NCBI GenBank assembly: GCA_934121885.1
Contig: CAKOVH010000006.1
Coordinates: 7,926 to 71,925, forward strand
Origin: an uncultured Clostridia bacterium
GTDB taxonomy: Bacteria; Bacillota; Clostridia; TANB77; CAG-508
Length of the DNA: 64,000 bases
Direction: 5' to 3'
Under the pieces are notes generated by a model. The model saw nothing but the letters and a program-made list of their open reading frames with translations. It was not told where the DNA came from and did not search any database. A program made the translations under genes and the position numbers. The stretch's first letter is position 1. Each line of letters opens with the position of its first letter. This document shows, one piece after another, positions 51,601-60,652 of this stretch.

Positions 51601-53303
51601 TCCTTTACTCTCAACTGTATAATATAATCCGTATTTGCCTCTAATGTTGTTAATTTTCCTTTATTCCAAGTAGTTTCTGTTGCCTTTTTATACATCCATT
51701 CTTCTTCAACTATTCCATAAGGTATCCCATCAGTCGTTATACTATATGAATCTAAATCGTATGAGGCACTAGAAAGATTTATCGTTGTATCAATTTTACT
51801 ATGATTGATTATAGCAATTGGTCTTCTATGTACATACACAGACTTTGGAACTATCTCCTGATCTTCGTAGGTTATATTAAATTCTCCAGTTTTGTCGAAT
51901 TCTGTTATCATATTGTTCAAGTATTGATTTGCTCTATCAAATTGTCCAATATTATTTTCAAAATATTTATAATCATGCATAATTTTCCATCTGCCATAAG
52001 GATACGAAGCATCTGATGTATTTACTAATATTCCTTCTGGATTTGAAGAAATTTTTATTGGCTCTCCCAAAATTAAATAATTATCGTTTCCATTTAATTG
52101 GTCTATTAATGTTTTTATATATTGTGCTGTTTGAGAAATTGAATTTGTGTAATCTGTATTTTTTATATAAATACCATTTCCATTATTTGCACTAATTAAA
52201 TCTTCATATTGAGATTGATTTGCATCTTTGCCCCATGCAACATAATATATATTTTCATTAATTAATCTCGTTAACAATTCTCCCATTGTAGAATTATTTT
52301 TTAATTCAGTATTCTCATAATCACTTACATTTACAGTTATTTTTATCGCATCATTTCTCCATTCAGGTTCTCTTAGCACTTCCGAAAGTTTTTTTACAGT
52401 TGTCTTTTGTAAATTTATATTTGTAAGTGCAAAACTACCAATACTATCGCAACCATGGCTATAGTGATCTGAGAAAAAACCAAAACCAATGCCATCATAA
52501 CTGCTTTCAGTTGATATTGTTTCATCTGTTGCAAGTCCTCCTCCAGATATACTTATATACCCGTTTTCAACTGAAACTGTTAATTGCCCACTTTGATTAA
52601 TACTAAGTCCCTTAACTAAAACGCAAGAATTTGCAGTTAATGTTGAACCTTGTGCCAAGCAACTAAGTGCTGAACTATTAGTTCCTATTGTCCAATTAAA
52701 TTTCCAAATAGCACCTAACTGAGAACCACTCGCTCTATAATATGTCGCAGATGTTTTATTAAAACTTAGCATATACCCTGTTAATGTATTTCCAACTTTA
52801 CTTACCTTAAGTAACATTCCAGCCGCATTAAAGCTATCACCATAGTTAATGTTATAATTAAATGTAAATTTTTGTTCTTGATTACCACTAGGTACAATAT
52901 AGATAGCATTTTTACCTGGATTTGTTCTATTTCCAACCATTGTAACACTTTGTCCATTGTTACTAATAGAAATTGAACCTATAGAATTACTTAAATCTTT
53001 ATTCCATGCAAATGAACTTTCCATATTTACATTTTCTGTGGATACTGATGAAATTTTAACCTTTGTTGTATCTATTCCTAGTTCAGCAAGTGATGATAAA
53101 AGGTCATTTTTAAATGATGTTACATCAGTAGTTGTTTTTCCTTTTGCAAGTACAACATCTATATTTGGTGCAGGAACAAAAGATAAAGTAACTGGAGTTG
53201 CAGATAGTGACTTCGTCATTAAAAGTTCTGATGTTACAATAATTGAAATTAACATTGTTAATGCTCCAAAAATTTTTAATTTATTCAAAATTTTTCTCAT
53301 CAT
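48603..53303 (-). CDS. Giant secreted cell-surface protein (about 1566 aa) with MBG-like (YDG) repeats, a DUF11-like C-terminal domain and a TM anchor. Paralog 3 of 3.
   Basis: The track ORF starts at 53318, but AAAGGAGGG lies within it, 5 nt before the ATG at about 53303 (MMRKILNKLKIFGALTMLISI, a signal peptide). MBG-like repeats 'KIYDGNDSMTITNGELVDVCVGDVV' and 'RKYNKTDVVEIIGGTIVNGVEGDDI'. DUF11-like 'YAKIKYKITLVNNGTSEGIIDKVIDVVPKGTIFEQ'. C-terminus 'EMIFSLRTGSENIIYVLIGIIIVTTLGIGIVLIKKYVTK'. Hairpin terminator at about 48495-48540. Confidence 0.8.
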   Translation of the reverse strand: MMRKILNKLKIFGALTMLISIIVTSELLMTKSLSATPVTLSFVPAPNIDVVLAKGKTTTDVTSFKNDLLSSLAELGIDTTKVKISSVSTENVNMESSFAWNKDLSNSIGSISISNNGQSVTMVGNRTNPGKNAIYIVPSGNQEQKFTFNYNINYGDSFNAAGMLLKVSKVGNTLTGYMLSFNKTSATYYRASGSQLGAIWKFNWTIGTNSSALSCLAQGSTLTANSCVLVKGLSINQSGQLTVSVENGYISISGGGLATDETISTESSYDGIGFGFFSDHYSHGCDSIGSFALTNINLQKTTVKKLSEVLREPEWRNDAIKITVNVSDYENTELKNNSTMGELLTRLINENIYYVAWGKDANQSQYEDLISANNGNGIYIKNTDYTNSISQTAQYIKTLIDQLNGNDNYLILGEPIKISSNPEGILVNTSDASYPYGRWKIMHDYKYFENNIGQFDRANQYLNNMITEFDKTGEFNITYEDQEIVPKSVYVHRRPIAIINHSKIDTTINLSSASYDLDSYSITTDGIPYGIVEEEWMYKKATETTWNKGKLTTLEANTDYIIQLRVKDLQGAWSKPASIYTTNDSSVLPIAQFDIESNKIYKKEILKLKDTSYDPYGGTIKSWKWEIYKDETMIKSSTSETPQFSDFSSTGVYKIVLEVTNDRNLKSEIYSRTFEVIDDISAPSITINPENGGWAKEINVNVDFNDSQSGFKSYQYAITDSQVPATTGWSNEITKSSDTINIDASGNKYLHIKATDNEGNVSDERITGIYKIDRTAPSINYVQDTNTKFINSMTMKISATDSQSGIKSFTINGTTINTGSVTFIKNGTYTAVATDNVGWQTTKEIVVNNIYYNCKAGLRHPDFSSTYDSCPICESYSGLTVTNTSNVYDANNHRVQYNNPKAATIVEYYNESETTLPNKVGNYSYELKVVYNGNEYKTGIAGTYSVTKKIITIKGITSLDKIYDGNDSMTITNGELVDVCVGDVVGFTLPSVVYAENKNIGNHKIRLESDIILTGQDAYNYTLTQPIYGSITGNIEKRTIMVSEIQGKTRKYNKTDVVEIIGGTIVNGVEGDDISLIIPKTGIAESENTGNWKIKMDDIVLQGTDANNYTLIQPEEVRGTIEKADGEIKIGCEGKKFDREKIEPFVIENNSGGNVTFKYYITGTSTQVEKPSEIGKYDIIATLEETDNYTSCASKRLTVEITNPDSPNLKVESVINALNGTEIEEIKEVNVHYTDTIKVKIKVKNIGVGSGYLSKVSTIIPKEMELVKDSEINKKYKWTEVDGKLETTMFSFKENFESELYSKEQDDKNQLIELELELKVVIKDRESADMILPFEIEQQNKHGDIVEYDETSKENSKDEVNAQLKYFDVSIDKTITMLSLTYAESGKTEDFNIYQRKGSPIKMELTEMRANSSYAKIKYKITLVNNGTSEGIIDKVIDVVPKGTIFEQEDNPDWTLDNDGNAIYNKKITLSEKQMKEIEIVLKWDLRNYNLGNRRNQVFFDAPREIDQILTNEEKDTLKNTDNFAYSEMIFSLRTGSENIIYVLIGIIIVTTLGIGIVLIKKYVTK

Positions 53304-53534
53304 TATCCCTCCTTTCACACCACAATATTTACCTACATAATTTATATATTTATTATTAAAAACAATTCTCTAATTTGAGCATAGCACATTTTATTTTCAG
53401 CTTCAACACACATTTTCTTCCATTTTGCATAAATAAGGAAAAAACGCTAAAAACCTTTTTACGGAAATAGGCTTTCGCGTTTTTATTACATATTTATTAA
53501 ATTTCTATTACATTTTTGTAATAATTTGTAGTTT

Positions 53535-53780
53535 TTACTGTGATAATTCATCTTTTACAGTTTGAATTTCTGTTACAGTTGCTGGCTGCGCAGGCTTATA
53601 GTAACCTTTTGCTTCTGCTGTTTTAAAAAGTTCATATTGGAAACTTTCATCATTATTTCTTATTTGTTGAAATGTTTGTCTAAGCTGCATATTTTCTGCT
53701 TCTGATATTGCTGTTTGATATGCAGTTAAATTTGACTTTACCCCTGATAAAATATCATTAACCATTGTTTTTTCGTCCAT
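53535..53780 (-). CDS. Spore coat protein, CotF-domain (Coat_F) family
   Basis: 81-aa helical protein, 'MVNDILSGVKSNLTAYQTAISEAEN'. It is paired with a second CotF-like ORF, as is typical for Clostridium. Confidence 0.6.
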   Translation of the reverse strand: MDEKTMVNDILSGVKSNLTAYQTAISEAENMQLRQTFQQIRNNDESFQYELFKTAEAKGYYKPAQPATVTEIQTVKDELSQ

Positions 53781-53801
53781 AATCTTCTCTCCTATCTTTA
53801 T

Positions 53802-53990
53802 TTATGAATTTAGAAACGACATTAATTTTTGTTTTGTATTTAATGCATCTTGTGCAGATTTTGTAAACATCTGCTTAATTTGTGGATCTACTGCTTGTGA
53901 AGCATATGTGTTTAATTTTTGATATGATGTTTCATGTGCTCCTATTAAATGTCTTAAATGTTGAAGTTCTGCTTGACTTAAATTTGCCAT
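53802..53990 (-). CDS. Spore coat protein, CotF-domain (Coat_F) family, short partner
   Basis: 62 aa, 'LSQAELQHLRHLIGAHETSYQKLNTYASQAVDPQIKQMF': the HE-containing CotF N-terminal motif. Confidence 0.6.
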   Translation of the reverse strand: MANLSQAELQHLRHLIGAHETSYQKLNTYASQAVDPQIKQMFTKSAQDALNTKQKLMSFLNS

Positions 53991-54154
53991 AATTAGCCTC
54001 CTTTATATTTTAAGCTTTTTTGTTTTCACATTAATTAGTATTTGATTTTTTTATAAATTTTATTCACATTTTAAATTTTTTAAAATATAGTAATGCACAA
54101 AACACGCTATCCATTGTGGATAACGTGTTTTTACATTAATTATATTGTGGATAA

Positions 54155-56461
54155 TTATAATATCTCAAGTCCTGCAAATTTTGCCATAAGTCGCTTGGTT
54201 CCTGCTTTATCAAAGCAAATCTCAATTTTATAATCTTCTCCTTCTGGCTCTATTTTATTTATAGTTCCTTCTCCAAACTTTTTATGATATACTCTTTGTC
54301 CTTCTTTATATTTTGAAATATCAACACCAGAATTTTGCTTTTTATTATTAATAGAACTTAAAAAGCTTTCTGCTGTTCTAAATTGATATCCAGAATTAGA
54401 TAATGAAGGATTTTTTGTTGCATAAGATTTTTCCTTATTTTCTTCTAATCTATATGTACTTACTTTATTTGAACTTGAACCATATTCCCATTTGTACGAA
54501 CTATCTTTAAAGCTTTCTTCTTTTTCTTCAAATGTTTCTTCATAACCGTTTAATAAGTCTTTTGGAATTTCATTTACAAATCTTGATATTGCATTATAGC
54601 TTGTTGATCCAAATATTGTTCTTTTTCTAGAACAAGTTAAATATAAGTATCTTTTTGCTCTAGTTATTCCAACATAAAATAGACGTCTTTCTTCTTCTAG
54701 CTCTTTTGGTTCACCAATAGATTTGTATCCTGGGAATATTCCTTCTTCCATTCCTACCAAAAATACAGTATTAAACTCTAATCCTTTTGCACTGTGAAGA
54801 GTCATAAGTGTAACAGAATCTTCTGTTTCTTCCATTCCGTCAATATCACTACTTAATGTAATTCCTTCTAAGAAATCTGCCAAGCTATTTTCTGCTTCTT
54901 GTTCCTCAAATTCAATAGCAACTGTTAAAAATTCCTCTAAGTTTTGTATTCTAGATTCTGCTTCTGTTGTATCCTCTGCTTCTAGTGCCTTTACATATCC
55001 ACTTTTATTTAGTGTTTCTTTAATAATTTCTGAAATTGATAAATCATTTATTTTGCTTCTCATTTCTTCAATTAAGTTTATAAATTCTTGTGAATTTGCT
55101 TTTAATCTATTTAATCCATATTGTTCAGCATTTTTAATTATTTCGAACATAGATGTTCCTGTATTTTCTGAAATTTCTTGTACATTATCTACACTTGTTT
55201 TTCCTATTCCTCTTTTTGGTTCGTTTATTACTCTTTTCAAAGAAATATTATCAGATGGATTGTATATTAATCTTAAATATGAAATGATATCTTTTATTTC
55301 TTTTCTTTCATAGAACTTTAATCCACCTACAATTTTATATGGAATATCTTCTCTTCTTAATATTTCCTCAATTGCTCTTGACTGAGAGTTCATTCTATAT
55401 AAAATAACAAAATCTGAATTTTTAAAATATTCTTCTCTTTTTAAATGGTTAATTTGTTCTACAATATATCTACCTTCATCATATTCGTCATCAGCTCTAT
55501 GAATAGTTGGAAGCTCTCCTTCATTATTTTGCGTCCATAATTTTTTTTCATATTTATTTTCATTATGTTTAATAACTGCATTTGCAGCATTTAAAATATT
55601 TCCTGTGCAACGATAATTTTGCTCTAATTTTATTATCTTTGTTCCTGGATAATCTTTTTCAAAATTTAATATATTTGAAATATCTGCTCCTCTAAAAGAA
55701 TAAATTCCTTGATCATTATCTCCTACAACTGTGATATTTCCATATCTTGATGCAAGTATTGTAACTAAAGTAAATTGTGCTTTATTAGTATCTTGGTATT
55801 CATCTACTAAAATATACTTAAATTTTTCTGAATAATATTCTAATATATCAGGATTTTCAGTAAGTATTTTTATTGTAAAATTAATAATATCATCAAAATC
55901 TATTGCATTATTTTCTTTTAGTCTTTTTTGATATAATTCATATATTTCGCCTATTTTTTCTCTTCTAAAGTCGCCTGCATATTTTACCATATATGCTTTT
56001 GGTTCAAGCATTTCATTTTTTCCATTACTAATTTCAGCCAAAACACTTTTATCCGTAAACATTTTATCATCTATCTTTAATGTTTTCATACATTCTTTAA
56101 TTAGTGTTTTTTGATCAGATGTATCAAAAATTAAAAAAGAGCTGTCAAATCCTATTCTATCAATTGTTTTTCTAAGTATACGAACACAGATAGAGTGGAA
56201 AGTTCCTATCCACATATCCTTTGCCGCTTCTCCAACTAAATTTTCAACCCTTTGTTTCATTTCATTTGCTGCTTTATTTGTAAAGGTTATTGCTAATATA
56301 TTCCATGGCTTTATATTTTTTTCTGCCATTAAATATGCAATTTTATGTGTTAATACTTTTGTCTTTCCACTTCCTGCTCCTGCTATTACTAAACATGGTC
56401 CATCAGTATTTAAAACTGCTTCTTTTTGCTTATCATTTAATCCTTCTATTAAATCTTGCAT
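54155..56461 (-). CDS. pcrA: ATP-dependent DNA helicase PcrA (UvrD/Rep superfamily 1)
   Basis: 768 aa. 'AGAGSGKTKVLTHKIAYL' Walker A, 'VDEYQDTN' motif II, and a C-terminal Tudor-like tail. Confidence 0.9.
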   Translation of the reverse strand: MQDLIEGLNDKQKEAVLNTDGPCLVIAGAGSGKTKVLTHKIAYLMAEKNIKPWNILAITFTNKAANEMKQRVENLVGEAAKDMWIGTFHSICVRILRKTIDRIGFDSSFLIFDTSDQKTLIKECMKTLKIDDKMFTDKSVLAEISNGKNEMLEPKAYMVKYAGDFRREKIGEIYELYQKRLKENNAIDFDDIINFTIKILTENPDILEYYSEKFKYILVDEYQDTNKAQFTLVTILASRYGNITVVGDNDQGIYSFRGADISNILNFEKDYPGTKIIKLEQNYRCTGNILNAANAVIKHNENKYEKKLWTQNNEGELPTIHRADDEYDEGRYIVEQINHLKREEYFKNSDFVILYRMNSQSRAIEEILRREDIPYKIVGGLKFYERKEIKDIISYLRLIYNPSDNISLKRVINEPKRGIGKTSVDNVQEISENTGTSMFEIIKNAEQYGLNRLKANSQEFINLIEEMRSKINDLSISEIIKETLNKSGYVKALEAEDTTEAESRIQNLEEFLTVAIEFEEQEAENSLADFLEGITLSSDIDGMEETEDSVTLMTLHSAKGLEFNTVFLVGMEEGIFPGYKSIGEPKELEEERRLFYVGITRAKRYLYLTCSRKRTIFGSTSYNAISRFVNEIPKDLLNGYEETFEEKEESFKDSSYKWEYGSSSNKVSTYRLEENKEKSYATKNPSLSNSGYQFRTAESFLSSINNKKQNSGVDISKYKEGQRVYHKKFGEGTINKIEPEGEDYKIEICFDKAGTKRLMAKFAGLEIL

Positions 56462-56614
56462 TTCATTTCTCCTTATCTCATTTGATGTTTCATATTATAT
56501 AGTATTTCAAACTGATGTTCAATAGGTTTTTACTTTTTTTATAAACTCATTGCAATCATTCCAATTATTAATCCAGCCATATTTCCAATCGCACTCATTC
56601 TTCCAGAATATAGC

Positions 56615-57367
56615 CTATTCGATTCTGGAACTAATTCTCCGTGATACAATATATATCATTGCACCTGCTGCGAACGCTAAACACATTGCAATAACGCTTT
56701 GTGATATTCCACCAACTAAAGCTCCAAAAAATGCACCAACACCTGTTGTTACTCCTGATAGTACAACATAAAATATTACTTTTGATGCCTTTATTCCACC
56801 ATTTTTCATTGGTACTGCCATAGATATTCCTTCTGGTATATCGTGAAAACAGATAGCAATTGCAAGTGATAGCCCAAGTTTAATTGAGGCACCAAATCCA
56901 GAGCCTATTGCTAACCCTTCTGGAAAGTTATGTATTGCAAGGCCTATTGCAACAATAATTCCTGTTTTTAATAAACTATTTTTATTAACCTGCCCTCTAT
57001 ATTTTTTAGCCTCAATTTGATTAAATTTTTTATCAACTAGTATATCGCATATAATCATAGTAATAATTCCAAATACAATACCTAAAATAACAGTTGGTAT
57101 TGCTGCAATTTCCATTGCCTCTGGTATTAATTCAAAACATACTATTGCAATCATAAGTCCAGATGCAAACGATAGAATAAAACTTAAAAATTTATTTGAT
57201 GTTCCCTTTATTTTTGTTCCAATAATTCCCCCTATTGTAGTTCCAAATGTTCCAAAGAATAATCCTATTAATGTTGTTTTTAATAAATAATCCACGTACA
57301 AATCACCTCTTATGCTATTTGTATGTTTTATTTTTTTTTTTATTCTTTTCATAATAAAGAACATCAC
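56615..57367 (-). CDS. zupT: ZIP-family zinc transporter (ZupT-like), apparently truncated by a +1 frameshift near the 3' end
   Basis: 'HNFPEGLAIGSGF', 'HDIPEGISMAVP' ZIP signatures. The reading frame ends at 56615, but the conserved C-terminus ('GELVPESNRLYSGRMSAIGNMAGLIIGMIAMSL*') continues in the -1 frame to about 56539. See findings. Confidence 0.75.
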   Translation of the reverse strand: MMFFIMKRIKKKIKHTNSIRGDLYVDYLLKTTLIGLFFGTFGTTIGGIIGTKIKGTSNKFLSFILSFASGLMIAIVCFELIPEAMEIAAIPTVILGIVFGIITMIICDILVDKKFNQIEAKKYRGQVNKNSLLKTGIIVAIGLAIHNFPEGLAIGSGFGASIKLGLSLAIAICFHDIPEGISMAVPMKNGGIKASKVIFYVVLSGVTTGVGAFFGALVGGISQSVIAMCLAFAAGAMIYIVSRRISSRIE

Positions 57368-57490
57368 GATTTTATTTGATCTCTAAGAGAAAATATCCTT
57401 ACCTTAGGTAAATAAACTGAATTTTTTTAAATTTCTATAGAAAGAGAAAATATATCATTAGATAATTCAAAAAATAATAGTGAATATCAA

Positions 57491-57524
57491 AAATAAAAAG
57501 ATCAGTTGCACACTGACCTTTTTA
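57491..57524. terminator. Terminator downstream of prfA
   Basis: 'aaaaag atcagttgcacactgacc tttttatttt': 7-bp stem with 1 mismatch, flanked by A and T tracts. Confidence 0.5.
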
Positions 57525-57526
57525 TT

Positions 57527-58591
57527 TTATTCTTCATCATTTCCTTTTAATTTTTCTGCTCTATCTGCTGTAATTAAATTATCTATCATCTCATCTAAAT
57601 TTCCATTTAGGAAATCTTCCATTTGATATATTGAAAATCCTATTCTGTGATCTGTAATACGTCCTTGAGGATAGTTATATGTTCTTATCTTTTCGCTTCT
57701 GTCTCCACTTCCAACCTGTGATTTTCTTGCATTTGATATTTCGCTATCTTGTTTTTGTTTTTCTATGTCATAAAGTTTTGTTTTTAACATTTTCATAGCA
57801 TTATCTTTATTTTGGAATTGAGATCTTTCTGTTTGACATTCAACAACTATTCCTGTTGGCTCATGTATTAATCTAACTGCAGATGATGTTTTATTAATGT
57901 GTTGTCCACCAGCTCCTGATGATCTAAATACTTCCATTCTAATATCTGCAGGATTTATATCAATTTCAACGTCTTCTACAACAGGTAATACAGCTACAGT
58001 TGCAGTTGATGTATGTATTCTACCACTTGCTTCTGTGTCTGGTACTCTTTGTACCCTATGAACTCCACTCTCAAATTTTAATCTACTATATGCTCCTTTA
58101 CCTGTAATCATAAAAGATATTTCTTTATATCCTCCAAGTTCAGTCTCGTTTTCATTTAATACTTCTAATTTCCAATGTTTTCTTTCTGCATACATAGAAT
58201 ACATTCTAAACAAAGTTCCTGCAAATAAAGCTGCCTCGTCTCCTCCGGCGCCTCCTCTAATTTCGCAGATAACGTTTTTATCGTCATCTTTATCTTTTGG
58301 AAGTAATAATATTTTTATTTCTTCTTCTAAACCTGGAAGCTTTTCTTTTGCTTCTAGCATTTCTGCTTCTGCAAGTTCTTTAAGCTCTGGATCTTCCATC
58401 ATTTCTTTTGCATCTTCAACTGTTTGCTTTGTTTTTTTATACTCTCTATACTTTTCAACAATAGGTTCTATTTCTGCATGCTCTTTCATTAAATTACGCC
58501 ATTCATTTTGATTTGCAATTACCTCTGGGGCACTTATTTTTTGTGTTAATTCCTCATATCTCTTTTCTACTGCATCTAACTTTTGAAACAT
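57527..58591 (-). CDS. prfA: Peptide chain release factor 1
   Basis: 354 aa. '[11 protein letters not shown]' GGQ motif and '[22 protein letters not shown]' (RF1-type tripeptide region). Confidence 0.9.
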   Translation of the reverse strand: MFQKLDAVEKRYEELTQKISAPEVIANQNEWRNLMKEHAEIEPIVEKYREYKKTKQTVEDAKEMMEDPELKELAEAEMLEAKEKLPGLEEEIKILLLPKDKDDDKNVICEIRGGAGGDEAALFAGTLFRMYSMYAERKHWKLEVLNENETELGGYKEISFMITGKGAYSRLKFESGVHRVQRVPDTEASGRIHTSTATVAVLPVVEDVEIDINPADIRMEVFRSSGAGGQHINKTSSAVRLIHEPTGIVVECQTERSQFQNKDNAMKMLKTKLYDIEKQKQDSEISNARKSQVGSGDRSEKIRTYNYPQGRITDHRIGFSIYQMEDFLNGNLDEMIDNLITADRAEKLKGNDEE

Positions 58592-58649
58592 AAATTAATT
58601 TCTCCTTTAATCTTTAAAGTTTTTTAACAGTACTATTATACATTATATT

Positions 58650-60638
58650 CTAAGATAATTCAACTAAATTATATGAAACTCCTAATTTATCTAATATTTT
58701 CTGTTCTCTTAATGTACATGTAAAAATTATTACCTGATTTTTATCTGTTTTATTTATTAAATATTTTAAAATATTTTCCAATCTTTCCTCATCATAATAA
58801 GCAAATGCTTCATCTAACATAATTGGCATTTTTTCTTCTGATATTTCATCTATCATAGATAATCTTAAAGATAAATATAATTGATCAATAGTTCCAACAC
58901 TAAGTCTTTCTGCTGGTATATATTCTCCTTTTTCATTTTCTATTATTAAACCATTTTCCTCATTTAAACTTACTTTGTTATATTTATTATTTGATATACT
59001 AGATATATTATTTGATAAATTTTCAGTAAATTTAGGTGTTATACTTTTTTTCATTTTTTCATATGCTTTATTTAAATATTCTTTTGCATAATTAATACAT
59101 TTTGTTTTTTCTTCTAGCTCTTTTAATCTTTCATTTAAATTTTCATATTCTTCTTCAAGTTTTGCATAACCATCTAATTTTATTGAAATATTTTTTTCTT
59201 CTATTTCTATACTATTTAATAAAATATATTTTTGTTTTAATTTTTCTTGTATCTCTTCTAGTTTTTCATTTAATAAATTCCAATTAATTGTATCTAATAT
59301 ATAATCTATATTTATACTATTTTCATACTCATTTCTAATATTTTCTATTTCATTATCTAATTTATTTTCTATTATTTTATTATTATTTTCTATTTCTTCT
59401 TTTTGCTTATTTATATCTTGCTCATATTCATTTATTTGTTTATTTATTTCTTCTATTTTTATATTTATAATATTAATTTCATTTTTTATTTTTTCTTCTT
59501 CTATTTTTTTATTTAATTTAATTTTTTGTAAATTATTATTATTAATTATTTTTTTTATTAATAATATAATTAAATAAATTGGAATAATTAAATAAATTAA
59601 ATAATTAATTATATTATTTTTTATAAAATTAGAATTAATTATTTTTAATATAATTTCAAAAATAATTAATAAAAATAAAATTAAAATATATTTTTTTATA
59701 TTTATTTTTTTATTATTATTTTTTATTTTTTTCTCATTATAATTATCTAATTTTTGTTCAATTATATTTTTACTTTCTTCTAAATTATTTTTTTCTATAT
59801 TTAATTTTTTTATTTTTTCTTCATTTTCTATTTTTGAATTATTTTTTAAATTATTTTTTTCTTTTTCAATTTTTAATTCATCAAAAACTTTTTTAAGTTT
59901 TGTTGTTACATTTTTTTCCATTTCTAGTTTTGAAATTTCATCTTTTTCTTGTATCTTTCTTTGTTCAAGTTCTACTTTTTCGTTTTTATACAAAATTGTA
60001 TCCTTTTTGACAAGTTCTATTTCTTTTAGTCTACTTCTTACCACATTGATTGGTTTTTCTGATGTTCTATCAGTTCCTATCTCTTCTAATTGTTTCTTAT
60101 TTAGCTTGTCTATCACCTTTTTGAAGGATGTATTATCGTCTCCTGTGCCCGCTAAGTTTGCAAGTTTTTGTACTAGCACTTGCTGAGTACCTTTATCTAA
60201 CTTTACCTCTTGTTGCATAGATACTACTGTAGATAGAAACATAGCTTCATCTACTTTTGTTTGATCATAAAAGAACTGAAACCCATCCTTTTTGTCAATA
60301 TTATATTCTTTAGAAATTTCCTCCATATTGCCATTATATACTTCTGGATTCTTCTTATGAAAGTTCCTAAAAATTTCAAAACAACTTCCATTATCTAATT
60401 CATATTTTATTTTTCCTGAGAACTCTTGTTTCCCCCACGGATTATATTTTTCATAATCAGATATTTCTTTTCCATTTTTATTTTTCGAAATTCCATAAAA
60501 AATATTTTTTATATAATTTAATAAAGTAGATTTTCCACTTTCATTTTTTCCATAAATAATATTTATTTTATTTTCTAAATTAATTTCTTTATTTTCTAAA
60601 TTTCCATAATTATTTATTTTAATATTTTTTATTTTCAA
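58650..60638 (-). CDS. YhaN/SbcC-like SMC-type ATPase with a central membrane-spanning insertion
   Basis: N-terminal Walker A 'IIYGKNESGKSTLLNYI', long coiled coils, a C-terminal signature 'LSVGTIDQLYLSLRLS' and Walker B 'IMLDEAFAYYD'. Mid-protein hydrophobic helices 'YILILFLLIIFEIILKII' and 'LIYLIIPIYLIILLI'. Extremely AT-rich low-complexity DNA at 59450-59760. Confidence 0.65.
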   Translation of the reverse strand: MKIKNIKINNYGNLENKEINLENKINIIYGKNESGKSTLLNYIKNIFYGISKNKNGKEISDYEKYNPWGKQEFSGKIKYELDNGSCFEIFRNFHKKNPEVYNGNMEEISKEYNIDKKDGFQFFYDQTKVDEAMFLSTVVSMQQEVKLDKGTQQVLVQKLANLAGTGDDNTSFKKVIDKLNKKQLEEIGTDRTSEKPINVVRSRLKEIELVKKDTILYKNEKVELEQRKIQEKDEISKLEMEKNVTTKLKKVFDELKIEKEKNNLKNNSKIENEEKIKKLNIEKNNLEESKNIIEQKLDNYNEKKIKNNNKKINIKKYILILFLLIIFEIILKIINSNFIKNNIINYLIYLIIPIYLIILLIKKIINNNNLQKIKLNKKIEEEKIKNEINIINIKIEEINKQINEYEQDINKQKEEIENNNKIIENKLDNEIENIRNEYENSINIDYILDTINWNLLNEKLEEIQEKLKQKYILLNSIEIEEKNISIKLDGYAKLEEEYENLNERLKELEEKTKCINYAKEYLNKAYEKMKKSITPKFTENLSNNISSISNNKYNKVSLNEENGLIIENEKGEYIPAERLSVGTIDQLYLSLRLSMIDEISEEKMPIMLDEAFAYYDEERLENILKYLINKTDKNQVIIFTCTLREQKILDKLGVSYNLVELS

Positions 60639-60652
60639 AATATTTCTCCTTT

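Noticed and set aside
56550-56771. 73-aa plus-strand ORF at the zupT 3' end
   Set aside because: It overlaps the ZIP transporter gene on the opposite strand. The interesting feature here is the zupT frameshift, not this ORF.
59450-59760. About 300-bp extremely A+T-rich low-complexity run, considered as a possible CRISPR or tandem-repeat array
   Set aside because: There is no regular repeat-spacer periodicity, and it lies in-frame within the SMC-like ATPase. It encodes Asn/Lys/Ile-rich and hydrophobic segments, so it is a compositional low-complexity coding region rather than an array.
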